Below, in pieces: positions 1 through 9,787 of a stretch of 64,000 bases of DNA. The notes below the pieces were generated by a model. It worked only from the letters and a program-made list of their open reading frames with translations. It was not told where the DNA came from and searched no databases. Each line of letters starts with the position of its first letter. The first letter of the stretch is position 1. The position numbers were made by a program, and so were the translations under genes. This stretch comes from Podarcis bocagei (Eukaryota): NCBI GenBank assembly GCA_964188305.1, contig OZ076885.1. One strand, 5' to 3'.

Positions 1-2580
1 AAATTACCTTTATAACATCTATGCAGCCAGAGTTAATCACTTTTTTAAAAACCCATTAATTTTGGTGGGGGAGACTTAAGCATGTGTTTAATTCCACCAC
101 TGAAATCAATGGGACTTATTACGAGCATTATTCCTTGGCTGGATGGATCACACTTACCATAAGGACAGTTGCTTGTTGCATTCAGTACTGTATAGTTCGG
201 GGGGGGGGGGTGCACGTTAATTTCTGGGTCCTAGTGCCAAGTCTAGTGCCAACAGTTCCTGGATTAACTATTTATTGTTCTTTAGAAAAATGTACATATT
301 TCAAAGAGTTCTGTCCCACTTTCCCCATATACATTGTTGCACAAGCCTCTGTGCCACAAAAGCCCGTGGAAATGGTAGGATTAGCCTGTAACCACCTGTT
401 AGTTTACAGTTTGTTATAATATAGTATGCAAAGAAATTTGGTTTGCAGAAGAGAGGGAGAAAGACAGAACACTGGTTTAAACACTTGTGTACTTTATGTA
501 TTGTTATTGTTTCTGTTCATTCATGTCTGATATAGAGGACCATCTCCTGAGAGTCCATACTAGGTGTCATGCAAGAGGCTTAGGCCTCTTACCGTATGTG
601 AGATGAATCAATGGGGTGGCATACTGTAGTGATGTTTAGAGAGAGAGGGGGAGGGAATGAAATGGATAACTGGGCTTTCTAGAATTGTTGGATTGGCTAT
701 ATCCAATCCAACTGAAATTCAGGCACATAGGAACCCTAAGGCTTTGAAAAAATGCTGATTATTACTCTTTAGCTTTTCCGTGAGACTTGGTTCTTACATA
801 TACAGCAAAGCAGATAATTTATAAAATCCTTTCCAGAGGAATATAGTACTTTTACACTATATTTAGACGCTTGCATGTATGCTTGTCCATTTACAAATCA
901 TCTCCACCCTCAGCAACAAACATAACTAGCATGTCAGAGAGAAGGCAACTTTATATGCAGGGGATTGCTTTATGGTATTTAAGAGCATTTAGACAAGTGG
1001 ATCCCTCACACACAACCTGAAGTAGTGCAGTCCAAAACTAGGTTTAGCTTCTGACTTTGAGACCCAAGCAATGTGCCAAAAATAAATTTTAAAAATGGAG
1101 TTTTCTGTTTTTTGTTTGTTTGTTTGTTTGGAAATGCACTTAACCAGGCAGTCTCCTTACATTTTGCTTACTGTGTAAGCATCACAGATACCTAGAAGTT
1201 GTTTCAAACATGCCATAATGGTTTTCTCCTATGAAATGAAAGCTGACTTGGGGGGGGGGGTGAAATTACCAATGGAGCAGCAGCAGAATCAATCCAGTGC
1301 TTCACATTTGTGTGGGAGTCTTACACCTGAGATGGAGCTGGGATAATTTGTCTGGAAGGAAAAAGAAGGTTGATCAGTGGAATACGCTGGGATTTAAATC
1401 TAGGTCATTACTCAGCCCTTAGTCAAAAAACAAAACAAAACGGTAACTTTCAACAGTGCTGCAGTTGCCATCATGTGTGCTAAAGCTTACAAGTCCTAAA
1501 TCCAGGTGTTGCTTATACGGTATTTCTCCAGAAAGCAGGGTAGGAAACTCAAAGCTGAAATTTTCAGAAGGGTTTGGCTGCCAAAATCAGTCAAGCTAAG
1601 GTGAATTATTAATACAGAAGAAATTCTATTATATCTAGGTGATGAAACTGGGGTGAATTCCAAAGGCGCAGACTTAATAGCATTGCACTCAAGGTCAGTG
1701 GTTAATGACTGTAAATCTGGAGTGGCTTGATTAGTAATTTCTTACTTCAAATACTCATCATGCATAATGGAATTGGGGTCTACTGCCATCAATTGTTGGA
1801 GATCTGGAACTAGGGTGAGATGTTCACATTTCAGAGAATTAAAATTTGCTGACTGAATCCTCCTTAAAATAGCTAAATAAAAAGTTATTTTAAGAAGCTT
1901 CAGCCCCGCTCCCCAGTTCCTGTGGCTGCAGTTATTTTGCTTGACATCACATACACACATGCCTTTTTGTGTGTGGTTTAAAATATTAAACCTAGATTAT
2001 TCAGTCTGCTTGGACAGATTTCACTATGGAGGATATCTGCATAGCCTTCTGATACAAGAGGCGACACACATTCCCTTCCAATCAATAAATGTGATTTAGC
2101 TTAGCTGTGTAGTTGCATGCATGGCTAGATCTGTTTTATATAAAGGCAACAGTTTTGCTGCCTCCCAATCCAGTCCTGATAACATTAGGGACGCTTTCAC
2201 AATGTTTGTGTGCAGAATTTCTTATTTCTAGTCACCTAGCTTGTGTGTTTTTTTAATGTTTCATTTCCTCAAATGCAAACTATATGTAAGTTGATATGTA
2301 AGGGCCACTGGTTTGTCCATCCTGATATCTGCCTAAGTCAAAGAAACTGGAAAATTGAGGATAGGTTAACAAAAAGGGAGCAATGTTTTATTTATCATTA
2401 AATTTCTATCCTGCCTCAAAGGCGAACAGAGCCAGCCATACACAGTTAAAAACATTGAACATTTTTAAACTTTTGAAAATACATCTAAGCAAAGCAAGTA
2501 AGTTCTAAGATGCCCAAAACCATCACATCTGAGCACTAAATACCTGGATGAACAGGAATGTCTTTAGATTTAGACTGAGA

Positions 2581-2722
2581 CTATGTACACACCATACATT
2601 TAAATCACATCTCTCCCAGCCCTGCGAAGCTGTGGTTTATGCCTCACAGAGAAGAACCCTTAACAAAATACAGTTTCCAGGATTCTTGGTAGGGAATGCT
2701 TTAAATGTATAGTGTGTATGTA
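2581..2722. mobile_element. Degenerate palindromic MITE (acaccatacatttaaa...tttaaatgtatagtgt family)
   Basis: Inverted termini 'acaccatacatttaaa' and 'tttaaatgtatagtgt'; related pieces near 11340-11425 and 53090-53315. Confidence 0.5.
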
Positions 2723-3044
2723 TGTGGGGACAATGCATGTTGCCAAAGAGGGAGTCCCATAATTGGGGCATAACCATGGAGAAATATAGGCAATTTCTAC
2801 TCTAGTCTCTAGCCCTTAAAGTGGCTTTCAGATTAAAATCACAATATAAGAATAAGAACAATGATATTCACTTGATTACTGAAACACAGGGGAATTTAAA
2901 AAGTCATCCACCTTGAATTGAACCTCTTTTAGGAGTCAATTCTGCAATCTGGGTGCTGCGACCAAGACGGACTGCTCTTGTGATCTGCCAAGCACGTTTC
3001 TGAATGTAGTGGAACATAAAGCATGGCCTCAGATGCATTGCCTG

Positions 3045-3470
3045 GGCAAGTTCACTCTGAATTGTGCCCAGAAATTAACTGGAAGCCAGCACAAATGGGG
3101 AAAAAAGTGATATACCAGGAACCACTTGGATTGCTGCTTTTTGCAGGATCTGAAGACTCCAAACAATCTTCAAATATAGACCCACATACAGTAGTCCAAT
3201 CTGGATGTGACCAGAGCATAAGTGACAATGACCAGATCTGCAAGACTGGGGAAAGGAAGGAGCTGATAAACATCTCCAGAACATCCACCAGGACTTCCAG
3301 GAGCAAACACAAGGTCCAGGCATAAACCATCCAGCACAAACCATAGCTCCAAAGCTAGGTAATCTCTCCTACACTGAAGTGATGAACAGCACCAATGAAT
3401 TGATTGGATGAAGTCAACATGCAATCCATCAATGTGGCCAGGCAACAGTTCAGGACCTAGGAAAGGAAGC
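3045..3470 (-). mobile_element. L2-clade LINE fragment (RT C-terminal region), degenerate
   Basis: Minus-strand frames give ALVTSRLDYC, GLYLKIVWSLQILQKAA and WLPVNFWAQFRV, matching L2 motifs (SRLDYCN..GLP..LQ.VQN.AA..HWLP), with frameshifts. Confidence 0.7.
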
Positions 3471-3519
3471 AAGCTAAGATCTTCAACGTACAGAATACCT
3501 GTTATGAACATACCATATG

Positions 3520-3908
3520 TTTTATGTAAGGAACAGCTCTCCCCATATGAAGTGCAATGGACCCTGTGATCATCAACAGAGCCCTGCTTTGGGTGCCTCC
3601 TCTATGAGAGGTCTGGAGGGTGGCAACACAATAACAGGCTTTTCTGTGGTGGCTCCCTGCTTATGGAATGCCCTCCCCAGAGAGGCTCACCTGGTGCCTT
3701 GTTACATATCTTGTTACGTTCCACTTCTCCCAGGCCTTTGGCTAATTAAACAATCTATGGGCTTTTAAATGGTGTGTGTGTGTATGGTGGGTGTTCTTTT
3801 GGTTTGTTGCCTTGCTATGTGGTTATGTATGTTTATATTATAAATCACCCTGTGATTCTCGGATGAAGGGTGGTATAGCAATTTAATAAATAAAATTAAA
3901 ATAATAAT
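3520..3908 (+). mobile_element. L2-clade LINE 3' end
   Basis: GFSVVAPCLWNALPRE (L2 ORF2 C-terminal motif), then a 3'UTR ending in a taataaataa-type tail. Confidence 0.7.
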
Positions 3909-5005
3909 TGTATCCTTTTTGTGAAGAATTGCATTGACCACCACTTCTGAAGAGTGAATCAGTGCTTAAGAGAGGGTCTCTCCATTTACTGAAACTCATT
4001 GCTGGACTCTAACACAAAGATGGGAAAATATAAACTCCAGCATGGATTAGTACTTTGACAAAACCTGCCCTCTAGTTTCTTGGAACTTTTCTTGCTCCAC
4101 AAAAGAGATGTATTCTGCTTCATTCCTGGCACTTCCAAATCTATTCCAAATTTCAGTGCGTGCAGGATTTTGAGTTTCACATAATATTAGTTTATGCTAC
4201 TTGTGCATATTGTTGGCTACATTCAAGTAAGAATTTCCAAAACAACCACCATTCATTCATACTAATAAACTGAAATGAGATGCTAAAATGCTTCTATTTT
4301 ACTTTATATGGAAAGTGTTGAGTGATTCTCCCTCTCCTTCCCCATTCCCTGCAAGCTAAAGTAGTTCAAGATCCTGTTTGCAGTTTTTAAATCACTGAAG
4401 TCAATAAACTTTTGCCTGCTGTTCACAATAAATAGGCTTGCCCATACGCTGAGTTCTGTAATGAATCATTGCTTACAGTACTAAATGGTTCTGTCAAAGA
4501 AGTATGCCCATCATTGCTGATACTGTATGGAATCTTGAGCAACAAAAGCTTGTGCTGTGCAGCTAATGGAAATTATTCATAAGTGTCCCCTGTTGATCAG
4601 ATGTTTGGAAGTGTAGGACTTCTTGTTTAGTCTCTCTGCCACTGTGAAATCCAGATGGCTATACTCTCTGCAGCATCGCTTTAGCCATGAAGCTGCAGCT
4701 GTCCATGAATGTGTAGCAATATAAATGTTTTAGTGATGAGCTGATTGCTGTGAATTCACTCTTGGTAACTCCAAATGCCCTAAAACTCTGTCAGAATGCA
4801 TTTTATTTTGGAGAATAAATATGTTGCTGCACTATTTGCTGGCTGGTAATAGTGCCCTTAAAGTTTGTGATTGTTGCCAGTCTCCCAAGATGGGGAAAAA
4901 TGGAAGGGGAAGCAAAACACAGTAGAAAGTGGACAGCACAAGCAAGTGTATAAAAGAAGTTGTCATCAGTAGGAGATCTGGAGGGGTGCATTACATACAG
5001 TGGTA

Positions 5006-5979
5006 CAGTGGTACCCCGCAAGACGAACGCCTCGCGAGACGAAAAACTCGCAAAACGAAAGGTTTTTTCATTTTCGAGTTGCCTCGCAAGACAAATTTCC
5101 CTATGGGCTTGCTTCGCAAAACGAAGCTTGCCCCGGGGACAGCGGGTCTTCTCTTTTGAAGCAAGGGGCGGCGGGGAGATCGCTTCTCCCCACCGCCCCT
5201 TGCTTCAAAAGAGGTCCGGGGGCAGCGGGAAGCGCTCCCGCTGCCCCCGAACCTCTTTTGAAGCAAGCGGCTGCGGGGAGATCGCTTCTCTCTGCAGCCG
5301 CTTGCTTCAAAAGAGGTCCCGGACCTCTTTTGAAGCAAGCGGCTGCGGGGAGATCGCTTCTCCCGGTGCTCCGAAGCCGGGCGGGGGGGGGGGGCGGGAA
5401 CACCTGCCCCAGCCGCCGGGCTCCGGAGCGCTGCTGCGAAGCCGGGCGGGGGGGGAACACCTGCCCCAGCCGCCGGGCTTCGTAGCGCTGCTGCGAAGCC
5501 GGGGGGGGACACCTGCCCCAGCCGCCTGGCTTCGTAACGCTGCTGCGAAGCCGGGCGGGGGGGCGGGAACACCTTCTGAAGGCGGGCGGGGGGCGAAAGT
5601 CTTTGTCCCCCCTGCCTGCCTTCCCAGGGGCTTTTAAATCACCCCGGACAGCGGAGAAGTCCTCCGCTGTCCCGGGGCGATTTTAAAATGCCGCCCGCCA
5701 GCATTTTAAGATCGCCCGGACAGCGGAGAAGTCCTCCGCTGTCCCAGGGTTTTTTAAAATGCTGGGGGTGGGAACAAAAGGCCTTGTCCCCCCCCCCCAG
5801 CCTTCAGAAGAGGTCCGGGGACAGACTGTCCCCGGACCTGGTCTGAAGGCGGTTTCCCTAGGAACGCATTAATTGATTTTCAATGCATTCCTATGGGAAA
5901 CCGTGCATCGCAAGACGAAAAAACCGCAAGACGAAGAGACTTGCGGAACGAATTAATTTCGTCTTGCGAGGCACCACTG
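5006..5979. mobile_element. Young GC/CpG-rich non-autonomous Tc1/mariner (Tigger/pogo-like) element
   Basis: TIRs cagtggtaccccgcaagacgaa / ttcgtcttgcgaggcaccactg; TA TSD at 5004-5005 and 5980-5981; internal palindromes and about 55-bp tandem repeats; no transposase-like ORF. Confidence 0.9.
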
Positions 5980-6190
5980 TACCTTGGTTTTCAAACTTAA
6001 TTCATTCCAGGAGTCCGTTCGACTCTCGAAACCGTTCGAAAACCAAGGTGCGGCTTTCAATTGGCTGTTGGAGCTTCCTGCACTCACGCGGAAGCCGCGT
6101 TGGATGTTCAGCTTCTGAAAAACATTCACAAACCGAAACACTTACTTCTGGGTTTGCAGTGTTTGGGAGCCAATTTGTTTGGAAGCCAAG

Positions 6191-6397
6191 CAGTGGCAAA
6201 GCTGCATGCTCCACTACTGGGGGCAGAGAGCAGATGGAGGCATGGTGCGCACCCCAGGGGCGTGGTATGCCACCCGTGGGGGTGTGGCACCTGGCACTTG
6301 GGGGGGCATGGCACGTGTCAGGGGGGAGCCGCAATGGCATCCTACAGTGGTGCTGGGGGCGGTCCGCTCGCTCTGCACTCCTGTTCCTCCACCAGTG
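6191..6397. mobile_element. Degenerate hAT-type MITE nested in the 4998-6430 element
   Basis: Termini cagtggcaaag / ctccaccagtg; diverged 8-bp TSD aagccaag (6183-6190) / gagccaaa (6398-6405); host sequence resumes after it. Confidence 0.7.
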
Positions 6398-7919
6398 GAG
6401 CCAAACCGTTCGAGTACCAAGGTACCACTGTATTTGTTTGGGTCAAAGAATGACAAAGGGCACTCTAAGATCTTTGCTCAACTCGGGGGGAAAGGCATTT
6501 ACACAGATTCGAGCAAATGCTTAGTTTTATAAGGCTGCACTGCTGAGGGAGCATCAAAAAAGAACAGGCATAACTGTCACAAAGAAAAAAGAAGCTGTTA
6601 TCACATGTTGGGTGAACAATATGCCCAGTGACATGGGCCAGATGGTATTTTTCAGGGAATGTTAGTTCTGGGCTTCCATATCACTCTGGGCTTTACTGAA
6701 CACATAGCCTATAGGCCCTGGAGCATTCAATAAATAATAAATTCAAATGTGTAAGCATCTAGGAAAAATGTGAATGAACAGCATAATTTTTAAAGGAGAA
6801 ATCAGGCTAGATCATTTTGAAAATGTGCAGCTGGAAAGTACTGCTGGCACGTGTGGATTTAAGTGCTGTCTAGCCCAGTCCTGTGCACTAGTTTCTTGCT
6901 TTATTTATTCACAGACGTTGCATTGCTCTTTACAAAGTGGTTTATAATGTAACGAGTACAAAAGTAATAATCAGTGAAAGCCAATAAAATAGCAAAACCA
7001 CAACAATGCAGCTGAATATATCCGAGCTCTGAAAGATTCACAGATAAGCCAGAAATTATCGGATGAAATTATTTTTACAATACAGAATAAAATGTTCACA
7101 TAAAAAGGGTAACCACAATGATTGTTTATGGGATTTTTTCGCCACCCATAATGCCATATATATTTAACTCGTGCTTTAGGTTTAACAAATGTACATTGGG
7201 GGATGGGAAATATGACATCTGACATTTTATCCCCTACACGTATCTTTAGTCTTTATTTACCTCCTGCTTAGATTTTTATAAGGTCACCCAGATGCCAGTG
7301 TGATGTGTGACCTTATAAATTATTATTATATACATATTTAATAAAAAACCTCAACTATATTAAATGCCAAAGCCATGTATCACAGAATAGTTCTATTAGA
7401 GATTTCCCACCACCACCCTAAAAAGAATGATTGAGTGTGAAAATTGTGAACATGAGTAAGATAAACAGCGTAGTCATGCAAAGTTTATTAGAAGGGGAAG
7501 GAGGGGTTGGAGCAAGAAAGCAATATTTCAAAAACATCTCTATTTTGAGAGCATGGGCAAACCCCCTTCTGCCCCCCCCCCCCAGCTCTCCTTAGAAGAA
7601 AAGGGGATATTCCTTTCCAAAGCCATCTATTGGAGTGTTATAGAGTATGGTCAAAGTCACATGTGCATTTATGTCACTTGGTCACTTATATCTCCATGAC
7701 TTCTACTGCAGAGAGGAGCCCAAAATTTAATTCCCTCTTTTTCTCCAGTGTGATTGTGGTGATGTTGTTCCTTGTAAATTCCTCATCTTTTGGCTCTTTC
7801 CGCAGTTGGGTTTGGCAAAATAACAGCTCAGTCAGAGTCAGTGCAGTGGCAGTGTCACATTTCGTGTGCTTTCTGTGTGACTCCAAACAGCACACTGCTC
7901 GTAAACAATTGGTACAAGA

Positions 7920-8088
7920 CAGTGGCGTAGCGTGGGTTGTCAGCACCCGGGGCCAGGCAAGTAATTTGCGCCCCCTAACCCGTGGATTTGCGCCCCCTAA
8001 CCCGTGGATTTGCGCCCCCTAACCCTAACCCCCAGATGTTGCGCCCGGTGCGGCCGGCCCCCCCTGCACCCCCCACGCTACGCCACTG
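7920..8088. mobile_element. Young hAT MITE with internal 22-bp tandem repeat containing CCCTAA
   Basis: Perfect 17-bp TIR cagtggcgtagcgtggg; perfect 8-bp TSD gtacaaga (7912-7919, 8089-8096); CpGs intact. Confidence 0.93.
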
Positions 8089-8589
8089 GTACAAGAGGGC
8101 ATTGGTATTTGTTCCTGATATACTGATCTTTATTTACTGCTTGTAAAAAAAAAGGGGGGGTTACATGTATCTCTGCCTGTAGTCTGAAGTGCAACAGTTG
8201 ATTGTACTGCCTAAGTCTGCATATGCTGGTGAGGCCTCAGATGTCAAAGTTAAAACAAGATTTCATTTTTGCCCCTTTATTTGTTTACCTGCGTACATTA
8301 TGACCTATATAGCCACTATAATCTGCATCCTGATTTTATGCATCTTTATATTATTTCCTTTTCTGAAGGAAAAAGATACCTGTTTCTTTTCCCTCAAAAA
8401 ATATGTTGCTCAATCTCAGGCTTCTTAATGAAAGGATGTTGCTATTTTTGCTGGAGGTTTTAATTTAGATCAGCACCCTTCCCTTGGATTTAGTTACACT
8501 TGTAAAGAAGCTAAAGGCCTTGTCCATGTGAGAGGTTGCCACACCTATGATGACTACCTTTGTTTATTGCCTCTCTGATATGGCCCAGT

Positions 8590-9130
8590 TTCCAGCAATT
8601 GTCATGACGCTCATATAGTCAACTACTCCCTGATAATAACATATGTTATTGGCATTCCGTGTCTGGGCTACTATGCAAGGCATAGAATTATTACCTCTAG
8701 GAAGTAATTAAGTTGGCATGCTTATTTGAATGACTTGATCTTTGTTTGGAGTGGTCTCCATCATAGAGCTTCTCCTTGATCTGAGCACTTGGCTCATTTA
8801 CTTCTGCTTTGCAAGGTTTTGAGTTCTCTGTCATAGATGGATTGCCTTTCTAGACCATGACCCTCTTAGCCCGCCCAGTATCTTCCATCTGTAAAATAGT
8901 TTTCTAGAGTATCTTCTAATGCTGAATTCATGTGTTATATAAATAGGTTGTACAGATGACAACGAATGGTCTGTCTCTGAGATCATCTGATTGAGTCAAG
9001 TGGTTTTTAGTTTTTGCATATGGCGGTCTGGATTGTGGGAGGTTGGTCTTTGTCAGCCTTGTATCGTATAGGTTTTTTCCCATGGTGGTGGTAGACTTTT
9101 GAGTACTTGTAGCTGTGTTTTCTGTTGGCT
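8590..9130 (-). mobile_element. Possible highly decayed L1/Tx1 ORF2 fragment (end of endonuclease and linker)
   Basis: Weak minus-strand peptide resemblance: NLYDTR, PQSR, QSDD, LENYF, YWAAKRVMV*KG versus L.D.WR, SRID, SDH, W.A.K.V.RG. Confidence 0.35.
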
Positions 9131-9417
9131 CCTCCAATGTATGGCTGGATTCCATTGTTGTTTTGCACACACACCCTTGATGCAATCTACAAATCAGCTC
9201 CTACCTAACTCAACAGAAGCTTTCTGTGTATATCAGTTGATGTGGTCAATAACAAATTGCATTATTGCAATGTTGTGGCAGAAGAGAAATTTTCATTTCA
9301 GGTGGCTCAGCAACCATATGCGTGAATTGAGTCAAATGGGACTTACTCCCTGGCAAGTTGTTATCGGATTGCAGCCTTAGTTAGTTTACTTTTTAACAGG
9401 TAAATAATTGAGATAAT

Positions 9418-9595
9418 CAGTGCTTTTTTTCTTTAAAAAAATTTGTTGTGGGGTACTCATTTTGTATTCAAGAAAATCACCATTTTATAGTTCAGTTTGG
9501 GAAAAATAAATACACTAAATGGACACAAGTACAAAGATTCACAAAATGTTTAAGGGTATGCATACCCCTGCATACCCCCAGAAAAAAACACACTG
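9418..9595. mobile_element. hAT MITE
   Basis: TIRs cagtgctttttttct / agaaaaaaacacactg; 8-bp TSD gagataat (9410-9417) / gagataac (9596-9603). Confidence 0.8.
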
Positions 9596-9639
9596 GAGAT
9601 AACCATTAAAAGAATGCAATAGCAATTGTGTTCCTAAGG

Positions 9640-9787
9640 CATTCATTATCTTCTGGATATCGCAGGTGGGCCAAGTGTTGTTGTGTTCAGAACAGGTCCA
9701 TCTTGCAGGCTTCCTACAGACATTTGGTTGGCCTCTGTGATAGATGGGCCATGGGCCTAATCCTGCAGGCTAGTTCTATGTTCTTAT
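9640..9787 (+). mobile_element. CR1 LINE 3'UTR remnant
   Basis: Ends in tagatgggccatgggcctaatcc...ttctatgttcttat, the squamate CR1 hairpin and tail. Confidence 0.55.

Larger units (their letters stand above)
4998..6430. mobile_element. Tc1/mariner-type MITE (host element, about 240 bp when rebuilt), interrupted by two younger insertions
   Basis: TA at 4996-4997 and 6431-6432. The rebuilt left TIR cagtgg|TA|ccttggtt matches the reverse complement of the right end accaaggtaccactg. Confidence 0.85.

Noticed and set aside
4929-6532. Cluster of long overlapping ORFs (up to 225 aa) on both strands
   Set aside because: They are by-products of GC-rich, stop-poor MITE repeats; the peptides are repetitive with no transposase (DDE or HTH) motifs.
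7964-8030. CRISPR-like or true telomeric array
   Set aside because: There are no unique spacers, the context is eukaryotic, and only two tandem hexamers lie inside a TSD-flanked MITE.
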